Part shown: one piece after another, positions 9,443-18,668 of the stretch
Position numbering within the stretch: position 1 is the stretch's first letter
Layout: the number at the start of each line of letters is the position of its first letter
Source of the DNA: Polyangiales bacterium
Lineage (GTDB): Bacteria > Myxococcota_A > Polyangia > Polyangiales > Polyangiaceae
Direction: 5' to 3'
NCBI GenBank assembly: GCA_038230375.1
Contig: JBBRNJ010000014.1
Span: 70,165-134,164, forward strand
Length of the DNA stretch: 64,000 nucleotides
Translations under genes and position numbers: made by a program
Notes under the pieces: generated by a model
The model's database searches: none
Told to the model about the DNA's origin: nothing
What the model saw: the letters and a program-made list of their open reading frames with translations, nothing else

Positions 9443-11095
9443 TCACAGCTGATAGGGGTAGGCAACGCGCGTGGGCGCGGCCCACGTCTCCTTCACCGTC
9501 CGCGGTGATGCCCAGCGCAGCAAATTGAACGCGGCGCCCGCCTTGTCGTTCGTGCCGGAGCCACGCGCGCCGCCGAATGGCTGCTGTCCAACCACGGCGC
9601 CTGTGGGCTTGTCGTTCACGTACAGGTTGCCTGCCGCCTGCCGCAAGACGTGAGCTGCCTTCGCGATCGGCGCGCGGTCACGCGAGAAGATCGCGCCTGT
9701 GAGCGCGTACGGGCTGGTCTCGTCGATGAGGCGCAACACGGCGTCGTCTGCGCCGGGCTTTGCATCGTCGTAGATGTGGATGGAGAGCATGGGGCCGAAG
9801 AGCTCCTCCGCCAGGATCGGATGCGCGGGGTCTTCCACCTCTATGAGAGTGGGGCCGCAGAACCATCCCTCGGCCTTCGACCACGCGCCCTCATACAGCA
9901 CGGTGCACGCGCGATCGTGGTTCGCGCGATCGAGCCAGCCGCCGAGTCGGGTGTACGCGCGCTCGTTGATCACGGCGCCCATGAAGTGACTGAAGTTCGT
10001 GACGTCGCCCACGGTGAGGGCCTGGGTCTCCGCGATGAGCCGGTCCTTCACGCGACCCCACATGGAACGCGGGAGGTAGGCCCGCGACGCCGCGCTGCAT
10101 TTCTGACCCTGGAACTCGAACGCGCCGCGCACCAGCGCCGTGACGAGCGCGGACTCGTCCGCCGACGGATGCGCGTACACGAAGTCCTTGCCGCCGGTCT
10201 CGCCCACGAGCCGCGGATAGGTGCGGTAGCTGGCGATGCGCTCGCCGACCGTCTTCCAGATCGACTGGAAGACCTTCGTGGAGCCAGTGAAGTGCACGCC
10301 AGCGAGCTTCGGATGTGCCAGGCACTCCGCGGCGACCAGCGCGCCATCGCCGTACACCACGTTGATGACTCCGGGCGGAAGGCCCGCCGCCTCGAACAGG
10401 CGCATCAGGTGATAGGCGCCAAGGCTCTGGTCCTCTGCCGGCTTCCACACGACCACGTTGCCGAGCAGCGCCGGCGCCGTGGGGAGGTTGCCAGCGATCG
10501 CAGTGAAGTTGAATGGCGTGACGGCGAAGATGAATCCCTCGAGCGGGCGCAGCTCCAGCGCGTTCTGCATGCCCGGTGATGAGAGGGGCTGCTCCGCCAG
10601 GCGCGAAGCGAACGCGACATTGAAGCGCAGAAAATCGATGAGCTCGCACGCCGCGTCGATCTCCGCCTGGAATGCGGTCTTGCTCTGCCCGAGCATCGTC
10701 GCCGCGTTGAGGATCTGGCGCCACGGGCCCGCAAGCAGGTCAGCCGCGCGCGAGAAGATCCGTGCGCGCTCGTCGAACGGCATCGCAGCCCATGCAGGCT
10801 GCGCAGCAATGGCCGCGTCGATCGCGCGCTGGGCCACACCCTTGGTCGCGCCGAACACCTTCGCGCGCACCCGCGCATGTGCGTGTGGCTCCCGCACGTC
10901 GAACAACGCGCCCTCGTGGACGGCGCGCCCAGCGATGACGTGTGGCACCTCCGGGCATTCGCTCCGCATCGTGGCGAGCGCGGCCTCCAGCTCCGCACGC
11001 TCGGGCGAGCCCTTCGCGTAGTGAAGGACGGGTTCGTTCTGGGGCAGCGCGCGCGGGGTGGGGATGTCCAGCATGAGGACCCGAATCATACGCAA
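9443..11095 (-). CDS. pruA: L-glutamate gamma-semialdehyde (P5C) dehydrogenase
   Basis: NEPVLHY, EIDAACELIDFLRFN, PFNFTAI, FTGST, ETGGK, FQGQKCSA, EELFGP and GTNDKAG. True start may be a downstream ATG (11089 or 11074). Confidence 0.93.
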   Translation of the reverse strand: MRMIRVLMLDIPTPRALPQNEPVLHYAKGSPERAELEAALATMRSECPEVPHVIAGRAVHEGALFDVREPHAHARVRAKVFGATKGVAQRAIDAAIAAQPAWAAMPFDERARIFSRAADLLAGPWRQILNAATMLGQSKTAFQAEIDAACELIDFLRFNVAFASRLAEQPLSSPGMQNALELRPLEGFIFAVTPFNFTAIAGNLPTAPALLGNVVVWKPAEDQSLGAYHLMRLFEAAGLPPGVINVVYGDGALVAAECLAHPKLAGVHFTGSTKVFQSIWKTVGERIASYRTYPRLVGETGGKDFVYAHPSADESALVTALVRGAFEFQGQKCSAASRAYLPRSMWGRVKDRLIAETQALTVGDVTNFSHFMGAVINERAYTRLGGWLDRANHDRACTVLYEGAWSKAEGWFCGPTLIEVEDPAHPILAEELFGPMLSIHIYDDAKPGADDAVLRLIDETSPYALTGAIFSRDRAPIAKAAHVLRQAAGNLYVNDKPTGAVVGQQPFGGARGSGTNDKAGAAFNLLRWASPRTVKETWAAPTRVAYPYQL

Positions 11096-11193
11096 GAATC
11101 AGAACAAAGAAGAAGAGCGCCCGTGATGCGCGCTTCTTCATCGTGCCTTTCGTGTCAACCCCTCGCCTTCGCGTCTACCCCAGCGACGCCGAC

Positions 11194-11499
11194 TCAGCGA
11201 CGACCGCGTTCGCCGCGGCGACCACCGCCACCGTCGCCGCCACCGCCACTGCGGCGCTCCTCGGCCTCGGTGACGCGCAGGGGACGACCATCGAGCATCG
11301 AGCCGTGCATGGCCTCGATCGCGCGCGTCGCCGCGTCCTTGTCACCCATCGTCACGAAGCCGAAGCCGCGCGATTGGCCGCTCTCACGGTCGGTAACGAC
11401 GTGCACGTCCGTCACCTGGCCGTGCGGCTCGAAGGCCACGCGGAGGGAGTCCAGCGTGGTGCGGAAAGAGAGATTGCCCACGTGAAGTCGGTTGCTCAT
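11194..11499 (-). CDS. RRM RNA-binding protein with Gly/Arg-rich tail
   Basis: RNP2 LHVGNL and RNP1 RGFGFVTM. Confidence 0.93.
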   Translation of the reverse strand: MSNRLHVGNLSFRTTLDSLRVAFEPHGQVTDVHVVTDRESGQSRGFGFVTMGDKDAATRAIEAMHGSMLDGRPLRVTEAEERRSGGGGDGGGGRRGERGRR

Positions 11500-11521
11500 G
11501 TCACCACTCGGTTGGTGCGCC

Positions 11522-13048
11522 TCAGCGCGTCTTCCGCGACTGGCTCGCCAGCATCGCGAGCACCAGCAAACCCGCGAGCGCGGCGACGACGACGACGGCG
11601 AGAAGGCGACCGCGCTTTCCGGTGCTCACGTGGATGCGAGCGGTGACGGGGGAGGTCGAGGTCGGGGGGGAGGTCGGGGTCGAGGTCGAGGTGGAGGTGG
11701 AGGTGGAGGTCGAGGTGAAGGTCGAGGTCGAGGTCGGGTTGGCGCTTGTCGGTGACGATGCGGGCGGTGCGTTGTCTGGATTCATCGCGCGCGTGGAGAG
11801 CGGGACTGGCGGGGTCTCGGTTGCGATCTTGCTTGGTGTCGGCGCGCCAAGGACCTCTGCCGCTTCGCGGATCACGACGGCCTCTTGCGACTGGCTCGCG
11901 TCCGCGCCCAGGAGATCCGTCAGCGATGCCGACTCTGGCGGGATTGGCGTGAACTGCGGGAGCTTCATTGGCTTGAAGCCAGCGGGACCCGTTGGTTCGT
12001 GCAACGTCGATGCGTCCGGTACGGGGACCGGCGGCGGGATCGTTCGCGTGAAGTCGCGCTGGCGCTGCGTGGCGCGCGTGAGCCATTCGCGCTGCTTTGC
12101 TTCTTCGCCGGCGAAGGCATCACGCATGTACGTTGCGAGCGCCTCTGCCATGTTGCTCTCGGCGTGCTCGGTCACGAACGCATCCAGGTCCCTGCGCATG
12201 TCCTCCGCGGTCGCGTAGCGCTCGTCGGGATCGACCTTGAGCGCGCGCTCGAGGATCTTGAAGAGCGCGTCGGGGTAGGTGAGCACGTGCTCGCGCGCGT
12301 CCGGCACCTCCGCCTTCCGGATCGCCTCCACGGTCTCGCGATCGGTATCGCGCTTGAAGAGTCGCTTGCCCGTGCCGAGCTCCCAGAGCGTGATGCCGAG
12401 CGAGTACACGTCCACGCGCCGGTCGAGCGTCCCGAGCCGCGCCTGCTCCGGCGCGAGGTAGGGGATCTTCCCCTTCACGATGCCCTCCTCGCTTGTCGCC
12501 TTGCGGCGGCGGGCCTTCGCGAGCCCGAAGTCGATGAGCTTCACGCGCCCGTCGTAGAGCAAGAACACGTTGCTCGGATTCACGTCGCGGTGGATGACGG
12601 AGAGCGGCTCGCCGTCGTCGTCCTTGATCTCGTGCGCGGAGTGCACGCCCTCCGCCACACGCGCGCAGATCCATGCGCCGAGCGTGAGCGGCATACGCGT
12701 CCGCTCCTTGTGGCAGATCTCCCATGCGTCCACGAGCGGCCGCCCCAGGAGCAGCTCCATCGCGATGTAGCGGTGCGCGCCCACGCTGCCGTACTCGTGC
12801 GTGTGGATCACGTTCGGGTGCGCGAGCTTCTTGAGGATGCGCGCCTCGTCCAGGAACATGTCGATGAAGGCGGCGTTGTCGTAGTACTCGTCGCTCATCA
12901 CCTTGAGCGCGACGAGAGCACCGTCGTCCTTCGGGTCCGCGCCGATGCGCTTGCCCCGGTGCACCGTGGCCATGCCTCCGCCCGCGATCTTGGCGCACAC
13001 TTCATAGTGGCCAAGGACAGGAGGAAGAGGGACGCGCCGTGCTGTCAT
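11522..13048 (-). CDS. Membrane-anchored Hanks-type Ser/Thr protein kinase
   Basis: GGGMATV, VALK, HRDVNPSN, DFG, YLAPE and DVYSLG; Thr/Ser-rich linker and C-terminal TM helix. Confidence 0.93.
   Translation of the reverse strand: MTARRVPLPPVLGHYEVCAKIAGGGMATVHRGKRIGADPKDDGALVALKVMSDEYYDNAAFIDMFLDEARILKKLAHPNVIHTHEYGSVGAHRYIAMELLLGRPLVDAWEICHKERTRMPLTLGAWICARVAEGVHSAHEIKDDDGEPLSVIHRDVNPSNVFLLYDGRVKLIDFGLAKARRRKATSEEGIVKGKIPYLAPEQARLGTLDRRVDVYSLGITLWELGTGKRLFKRDTDRETVEAIRKAEVPDAREHVLTYPDALFKILERALKVDPDERYATAEDMRRDLDAFVTEHAESNMAEALATYMRDAFAGEEAKQREWLTRATQRQRDFTRTIPPPVPVPDASTLHEPTGPAGFKPMKLPQFTPIPPESASLTDLLGADASQSQEAVVIREAAEVLGAPTPSKIATETPPVPLSTRAMNPDNAPPASSPTSANPTSTSTFTSTSTSTSTSTSTPTSPPTSTSPVTARIHVSTGKRGRLLAVVVVAALAGLLVLAMLASQSRKTR
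11652..11736. repeat. Degenerate (GAGGTC)n hexamer tract encoding poly(Thr-Ser)
   Basis: Repeated gaggtc/gaggtg units; encodes TSTSTFTSTSTS... in the kinase. Confidence 0.85.
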
Positions 13049-13065
13049 GCTCCTCTTGCTTCGCC

Positions 13066-14181
13066 CTACTTGACCGGGAAGAGCTCGCGGTTCTTCCACG
13101 CGGGGAGCTCCCGCATGTCGGCCCAGACCTCGCGGGCGCTGGTGTAGCGGAACGCCTCGCGGCGCCGCAGCATCTTCGCGATCAGCATGCCGAACGGCGT
13201 GCCCAGCGCCTCTGCGCGGCCACGAGGAATGCCCTCCGACACGATGCGCACCAGTTCGTTGTAGGGTGCATCCTTCGTGATGGCGGGCTCGCCCGTGAGC
13301 ATCCAGTAGAGCAAGAGGCCCACCTGGTAGAGGTCGCTCTGCTTGCTGGTGTAGCCGGTGGCCAGGATCTCGGGCGCCATGATCGCGTGGTGCACCACGT
13401 TGGGCCTGATGGCCGGCTTGCCGCGTAGCTCATGGCTGATGCCGAAGTCGCTGATCTTCACGACGGGCCGGTCGTCGGTGTGCGAGATGAGGACGTTGCC
13501 GCCGTGGAGATCGTCGTGGACGACGTCGTTGTCGTGGAGGAACTGCACGGCGGCCAGCAGCTGGCGGGCGAGCTCGCAGACCAGGCCCTCGCGCATGACG
13601 GTGCCGAGCATGTCCGTGAGCGCGTGATCGCATCGCTCCAGCGCGATGTAGAAGAGGTTGTTCTGCTCGAACGCGTCGTGGATGTAGACGATGTTCGGGT
13701 GGCGCAGAACGTTGAGCCGCGACTGCTCGCGCGACCATTCGCCGTGGACCTCTGCGTAGGGCCGGTTCGCGGGGCGAACCATCTTCACCGCGTAGATCTG
13801 GTCGAACGGGCCCATGGCCTCGTATACGGCGCCGAACTCACCCGCGCCGATGACCCTTGTGATCTCGTAGCTGCCGCGCGGCGAGACAAGCGTGCTGCCG
13901 CGCTGCGGATACTGCACTGTCAGCACCTGCGGTGATGGCGCGCCGCTGGGCATCTGAGACATCTGGCCAGTGACCCCAGGCATCTGACCAGTCTGACCAG
14001 GAAGCGGGCCCTGCTGGACCAGGGGTACGGCCGGCCCCGAAGGCGCGGGCTGTGGCGCGTTCGACGGCACGTTCCCGCTCGGCGGGGCCGCGTAGGGGCC
14101 GCGCGGATATTGCGGCACGAACCCGGGCTGGGGCGCCGGAGGATTCGGACCATGCGAAACGGGGCGCTTGGTATCGCTCAC
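13066..14181 (-). CDS. Cytoplasmic Ser/Thr kinase-like protein with atypical catalytic loop
   Basis: Pro/Gln-rich N-terminus; GAGEFGAVY, YAVK, HDDLHGGN, DFG, MAPE and SDLYQVG. Confidence 0.85.
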   Translation of the reverse strand: MSDTKRPVSHGPNPPAPQPGFVPQYPRGPYAAPPSGNVPSNAPQPAPSGPAVPLVQQGPLPGQTGQMPGVTGQMSQMPSGAPSPQVLTVQYPQRGSTLVSPRGSYEITRVIGAGEFGAVYEAMGPFDQIYAVKMVRPANRPYAEVHGEWSREQSRLNVLRHPNIVYIHDAFEQNNLFYIALERCDHALTDMLGTVMREGLVCELARQLLAAVQFLHDNDVVHDDLHGGNVLISHTDDRPVVKISDFGISHELRGKPAIRPNVVHHAIMAPEILATGYTSKQSDLYQVGLLLYWMLTGEPAITKDAPYNELVRIVSEGIPRGRAEALGTPFGMLIAKMLRRREAFRYTSAREVWADMRELPAWKNRELFPVK

Positions 14182-14257
14182 GCAACCAACGACGTTACCA
14201 GACTCCCGCCCTTTTGTTCAGGCGTAGAAACTCGATCTTGGACTACCATCGCGCGCC

Positions 14258-16993
14258 GTGACCACAGCCACCACCGGCGCCACCACCGGCTCGCCCACCG
14301 CCACGAACCAGAAGACGGCCGAGCACATACGCCTCGACGAGGCCGCCGCCGGCAAGCGCTGGCGCAGATTCGGCACCTACCTCTCCGAGCGTCAGTGGGG
14401 GACGGTGCGCGAGGACTACTCGGCGAACGGCGATGCGTGGGGCAGCTTCCCGCACGAGCACGCCCGCTCACGAGCCTATCGCTGGGGTGAAGACGGGCTC
14501 ATGGGGTTGTGCGACAACCGCGGTCTCTTCAACGTGTCGGTCGCGCTGTGGAACGGGAAGGACCCGTACCTGAAGGAGCGGCTGTTCGGTCTCTCGGGGC
14601 CAGAGGGCAATCACGGCGAGGACGTGAAGGAGGTCTTCTATTACGTCGATGCGGTGCCTACGTGTGCGTACGCGCGCGGCCTCTACGTCTACCCGCAGGC
14701 GGAGTTTCCATACGACGCCCTCCGCAAGATGAGCGCGGAGCGAAGCCGCGAGCAGCCCAGCCCAAGGCTGCAAGAGACGGGCGTGTTTGCCGACCAGCGC
14801 TACTTCTCGCTCGAGGTCGAGTACGCGAAGCACGACTGGGACGACATCGTCTGCAAGTGGACCGTGAAGAACCACGGCGCCGAGCCCGCGACCATCGACG
14901 TCCTGCCCACGTTCGTCTTCCGCAACACCTGGGCGTGGTCGGTGCCCGCGAAGGATCAGACCGCCGCGCTGATCGCCCAGCGACCCGAGCTCCGCGCCGT
15001 GGCACCGCTGCCGACCGCGCAGGTCATCTGCGCGCGCGAGGCGTTCCTTGGCACGTTCTACATCTACGCGGAAGAGGACACGGAGCTCCTCTTCACCGAG
15101 AACGACACGAACCAGCGCAAGCTCTACGATGTTCCGAACCGCTCCAGCTTCAGCAAGGACGCGTTCCACGAGTACATCGTGAAGAACGACCGCCACGCGG
15201 TGAACCCCGCGCGCAGCGGCACCAAGGCGGCCGTGCACAAGCGGGTGACCCTGGCTGCCGGTGAGTCGCGCTCGTTCTACGCGCGCGTCACGTGGAAGAA
15301 GGAGACCGATCCGTTCGCGGGTGTCGAGGAGCTCTTCACGAAGCGCCGCGGCGAAGCGGACGAGTTCTACGCGTCCGTGGCTCCCGTGGAGCTCGACGAG
15401 CCAGAGCGTCGCGTGATGCGCGAGTCGTTCGCCGGGCTCCTCTGGTGCAAGCAGTATTACAACTTCGACGTGGAGCGCTGGCTCCGCGGTGACGAAGGTC
15501 AGCCACCGCCGCCGGCGGAACGGAAGGCCGGACGCAACCGCGAATGGCGACACCTCTACAACAGCGAGGTGCTCTCCATGCCCGACAAGTGGGAGTACCC
15601 CTGGTACGCAGCGTGGGACCTGGCGTTCCACGCGATCCCCATGGCGCTGATTGATCCGGACTTCGCGAAGAACCAGCTCTCGCTGCTATTGCGTGAATGG
15701 TACATGCATCCAAACGGGCAGCTCCCCGCATACGAGTGGAGCTTCTCGGACGTGAACCCGCCGGTGCACGCGTGGGCCGCGCTGCGCGTCTACCAGATCG
15801 ACCGACGCATCACGGGCAAGTCGGACCGCCAGTTCCTGGAGAGCGTCTTCCACAAGCTGATGCTGAACTTCACCTGGTGGGTGAACCGAAAGGACGCCGC
15901 GGGAAACAACGTGTTCCAGGGCGGCTTCCTCGGGCTCGACAACATTGGCGTGTTCGATCGCTCGAACGCGAAGCTGCCGCAGGGCGGTGAGCTGGAGCAG
16001 GCTGACGCGACGTCGTGGATGGGCATGTACTGCCTGAACTTGCTTGCGATCGCGCTGGAGCTGGCGGAGGAGAACAAGAGCTACCAGGACGTGGCGAACA
16101 AGTTCTTCGAGCACTTCCTGCTCATCTCGCACGCCATGAACGACACGGCGGCGGAGACCAAGCTCTGGGACGAGCAAGACGGCTTCTTCTACGACGTGCT
16201 GCACCTTCCCGGAGGCGCCGCGGTGCCCATGAAGCTGCGCTCCATGGTGGGGCTCATTCCGCTCTTCGCGGTGGAGTCACTCGAGGCCACGGATCTGGAC
16301 AAGTTCCCGGAGTTCGTGAAGCGCGCGCGCTGGTTCATCTCGAACCGTCCGGAGCTCGCGGGCTCGGCCATGTGGATCGATCGCGACGGCACGCGCGGTC
16401 GCCGTCTGCTCTCCATCCTGAGCCGCAATCGCCTCGCACGGGTCCTGTCGCGCGTGCTCGACGAGACCGAGTTCCTCTCGCCCTACGGCGTGCGCGCGCT
16501 CTCACGTGCTCACGCCGCGGCGCCGTACGAGGTGGAGCTCGAGGGCGCGAAGTACCGCGTGGAGTACGAGCCCGGCGAGTCGCGCTCGGGTCTCTTCGGC
16601 GGCAACTCGAACTGGCGCGGGCCGGTGTGGTTCCCGGTGAACTTCCTGATCATCGAGTCGCTGCAGCGCTATCACCACTACTACGGCGACGACTTCCGCG
16701 TGGAGTGCCCCGTCGGCTCCGGAAAGTACATGAACCTCTGGGAGGTGGCGTCCGAGCTCTCGCGCCGCCTGTGCTCGCTCTTCCTGCCGAACGCGGAGGG
16801 CGTGCGTCCCGCGGACGGCAAGGACAGGCTCGCCGATCCATTCTTCTACGAGCACCCGCTGTTCTACGAGTTCTTCCACGGCGACGACGGCTCCGGCCTT
16901 GGCGCGTCTCACCAGACGGGCTGGACCGCGCTCGTCGCGAAGCTCCTCCAGCAGAAGCCCCTCTGGGGCAACGCACCACCGCCCGGGACATGA
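14258..16993 (+). CDS. MGH1-like / GH63 glycoside hydrolase (glucosidase)
   Basis: YLSERQWGTVREDYS, SMPDKWEYPWYAAWDLAFH, GNSNWRGPVW and GASHQTGWT motifs. Confidence 0.9.
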   Translation: MTTATTGATTGSPTATNQKTAEHIRLDEAAAGKRWRRFGTYLSERQWGTVREDYSANGDAWGSFPHEHARSRAYRWGEDGLMGLCDNRGLFNVSVALWNGKDPYLKERLFGLSGPEGNHGEDVKEVFYYVDAVPTCAYARGLYVYPQAEFPYDALRKMSAERSREQPSPRLQETGVFADQRYFSLEVEYAKHDWDDIVCKWTVKNHGAEPATIDVLPTFVFRNTWAWSVPAKDQTAALIAQRPELRAVAPLPTAQVICAREAFLGTFYIYAEEDTELLFTENDTNQRKLYDVPNRSSFSKDAFHEYIVKNDRHAVNPARSGTKAAVHKRVTLAAGESRSFYARVTWKKETDPFAGVEELFTKRRGEADEFYASVAPVELDEPERRVMRESFAGLLWCKQYYNFDVERWLRGDEGQPPPPAERKAGRNREWRHLYNSEVLSMPDKWEYPWYAAWDLAFHAIPMALIDPDFAKNQLSLLLREWYMHPNGQLPAYEWSFSDVNPPVHAWAALRVYQIDRRITGKSDRQFLESVFHKLMLNFTWWVNRKDAAGNNVFQGGFLGLDNIGVFDRSNAKLPQGGELEQADATSWMGMYCLNLLAIALELAEENKSYQDVANKFFEHFLLISHAMNDTAAETKLWDEQDGFFYDVLHLPGGAAVPMKLRSMVGLIPLFAVESLEATDLDKFPEFVKRARWFISNRPELAGSAMWIDRDGTRGRRLLSILSRNRLARVLSRVLDETEFLSPYGVRALSRAHAAAPYEVELEGAKYRVEYEPGESRSGLFGGNSNWRGPVWFPVNFLIIESLQRYHHYYGDDFRVECPVGSGKYMNLWEVASELSRRLCSLFLPNAEGVRPADGKDRLADPFFYEHPLFYEFFHGDDGSGLGASHQTGWTALVAKLLQQKPLWGNAPPPGT

Positions 16994-17628
16994 GCGGCAA
17001 GACGAGCGGGGCCAGCGGAGTCGACCGTCGGAAGCAAGTGCCACGCGCTGCGTTCGACGACGCCTACTACGGTCGCTACTACGAGTCCGACAGCACGCGC
17101 GTCTACGGCCACGCGGAGCAAGAGAAGCTCGCGGTGGGCGTCGTGTCGCTTGCGTCGTACTGGGGGATGGAGGTGCGCACCGTGCTCGACGTCGGCGCAG
17201 GCACGGGGCAGATGCGCCAGGTGTTCGGACGCAAGTGGCCGCACATCCGCTACGTGGCCACGGAGTCGAGCGCGTTCGCGTGTCGCAAGTACGGGCTCGA
17301 TCGGTTGGACATCACGAAGGAGCACTGGAACAGCAGGTTCGACCTGGTGATCTGCCAGGGCGTGCTGCCCTACCTCCCGAACGACGGCGTGACGTCCGCC
17401 GTCACGAACATCGCGGCGATGGCGGCGGGCTTTCTGTACGTGGAGTCGATCACGAAGAAGGACATCCGCGACGTGGTCGACAAGAAGAAGACGGACCTCG
17501 CGGTGTTCACGCGCCGCGGAGCCTTCTACGAGTCGCGCCTGCAGAAGCCGTTCCTGAAGCTCGGAGCGGGGATGTATTATACACGTAAAGGCCCGCTGAC
17601 GTTCTACGAGCTGGAGACGAGCAGGTAG
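16990..17628 (+). CDS. Class I SAM-dependent methyltransferase
   Basis: VLDVGAGTG and FDLVICQGVLPYL; ATGA overlap with the glucosidase stop. Confidence 0.85.
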   Translation: MSGKTSGASGVDRRKQVPRAAFDDAYYGRYYESDSTRVYGHAEQEKLAVGVVSLASYWGMEVRTVLDVGAGTGQMRQVFGRKWPHIRYVATESSAFACRKYGLDRLDITKEHWNSRFDLVICQGVLPYLPNDGVTSAVTNIAAMAAGFLYVESITKKDIRDVVDKKKTDLAVFTRRGAFYESRLQKPFLKLGAGMYYTRKGPLTFYELETSR

Positions 17629-17665
17629 GGGAGCTAGCTCCCGTCGGTGCCCGACCATCGCTCCT

Positions 17666-17761
17666 GAGGTCGAGGTAGAGGTCGAAGTCGAGGTCGAAGT
17701 CGAGGTCGAGGTCGAAGTCGAGGTCGAGGTCGAAGTCGAGGTCGAGGTCGAGGTCGAGGTC
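17666..17761. repeat. Tandem hexamer repeat, 16 x GA(G/A)GT(C/A), between convergent genes
   Basis: 96 nt of gaggtc/gaagtc/gaggta units read directly; preceded by the palindrome GGGAGCTAGCTCCC at 17629-17642. Confidence 0.95.
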
Positions 17762-17762
17762 G

Positions 17763-18665
17763 CTACTCCGCGCTCGCGTCTTCTCCGCGTTGACGAATCT
17801 TGGCTATGCCCTCCCACGGCAGCCAGAGCGCATCGCCCCTTGTGTGCCCTGCGAAGAACTCCTCCCTCAGCCGCTGCTCCGTTGCTGGCATCGGGCGGTC
17901 GGGTCTTCCTCCCCACGGGTTGCACACGCTCGCCACCAGGCCGGCGAGCGCGCCCAGGTCGGCCCTCGCGCTCACGCTGTCGCACGCGTCGTTGACCTCT
18001 TCCTCGTCGCCGGTCAAGGCGTGGACCGCGAGATCGTGCGTTGCGAGGATCGCGTCCGTGGATGCGCCCGGCATCGCGTTCAGCAGATAGGCATCGCCCG
18101 CGCGAGGGGTGAGGCCCGCTTCGTCCATGAGCATGTCGCTTGCCATCCGGATCGCGCCCACGAGTGAGACGTGCGCGCCGTTGCCCTTGCCGATCTCGTT
18201 TCCGATCCTGTCAACGAGCCGGAGCGTGATCTGGAAATCCTTCCCCTGATCGAGCTCGCCCTCGAGGATCGCATCGGCCCGTGCGTTCGCGCTCACGCGT
18301 TGCATCGCCGCCGCGTCCTTCTCCTCGAAGACGGCCGTGCCCGACGCGTCTCGCGCATTCGCGACCAAGGCAGCTGGCGGGAGCGCGCTCTCCGGTCGTC
18401 CGCCGAGCCGGAGGCGGATGCGATCGCATGCAAGCGTCGCTGCGGCGGCGCCCAACCAGCCGTGATGCCGGAGGTCGCTCGAGGTCACCTTCACCTGGGG
18501 GCACCCCACGATCCGCACCGGTTGCGGTGCTTCCTTCGCGCGCGGTCGATCGCTCACTGACTGCAGCGTCGCGACCACCAGCGGAACGAGGACAGCGGTG
18601 CCCAGCATCGCGAAAAGGCGCCGCGAGCGCTCGCTCATCCCAGCTGCGCGCGGAGGTCTCGCCAT
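17763..18665 (-). CDS. Hypothetical membrane-anchored protein, possibly C-terminally truncated
   Basis: N-terminal hydrophobic helix; GCP...GWLGAAAATLAC segment; ends right at the hexamer tract. Confidence 0.55.
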   Translation of the reverse strand: MARPPRAAGMSERSRRLFAMLGTAVLVPLVVATLQSVSDRPRAKEAPQPVRIVGCPQVKVTSSDLRHHGWLGAAAATLACDRIRLRLGGRPESALPPAALVANARDASGTAVFEEKDAAAMQRVSANARADAILEGELDQGKDFQITLRLVDRIGNEIGKGNGAHVSLVGAIRMASDMLMDEAGLTPRAGDAYLLNAMPGASTDAILATHDLAVHALTGDEEEVNDACDSVSARADLGALAGLVASVCNPWGGRPDRPMPATEQRLREEFFAGHTRGDALWLPWEGIAKIRQRGEDASAE

Positions 18666-18668
18666 GGC

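Noticed and set aside
17666..17761. Possible CRISPR array
   Set aside because: Contiguous 6-bp units with no spacers, and no cas genes in the window.
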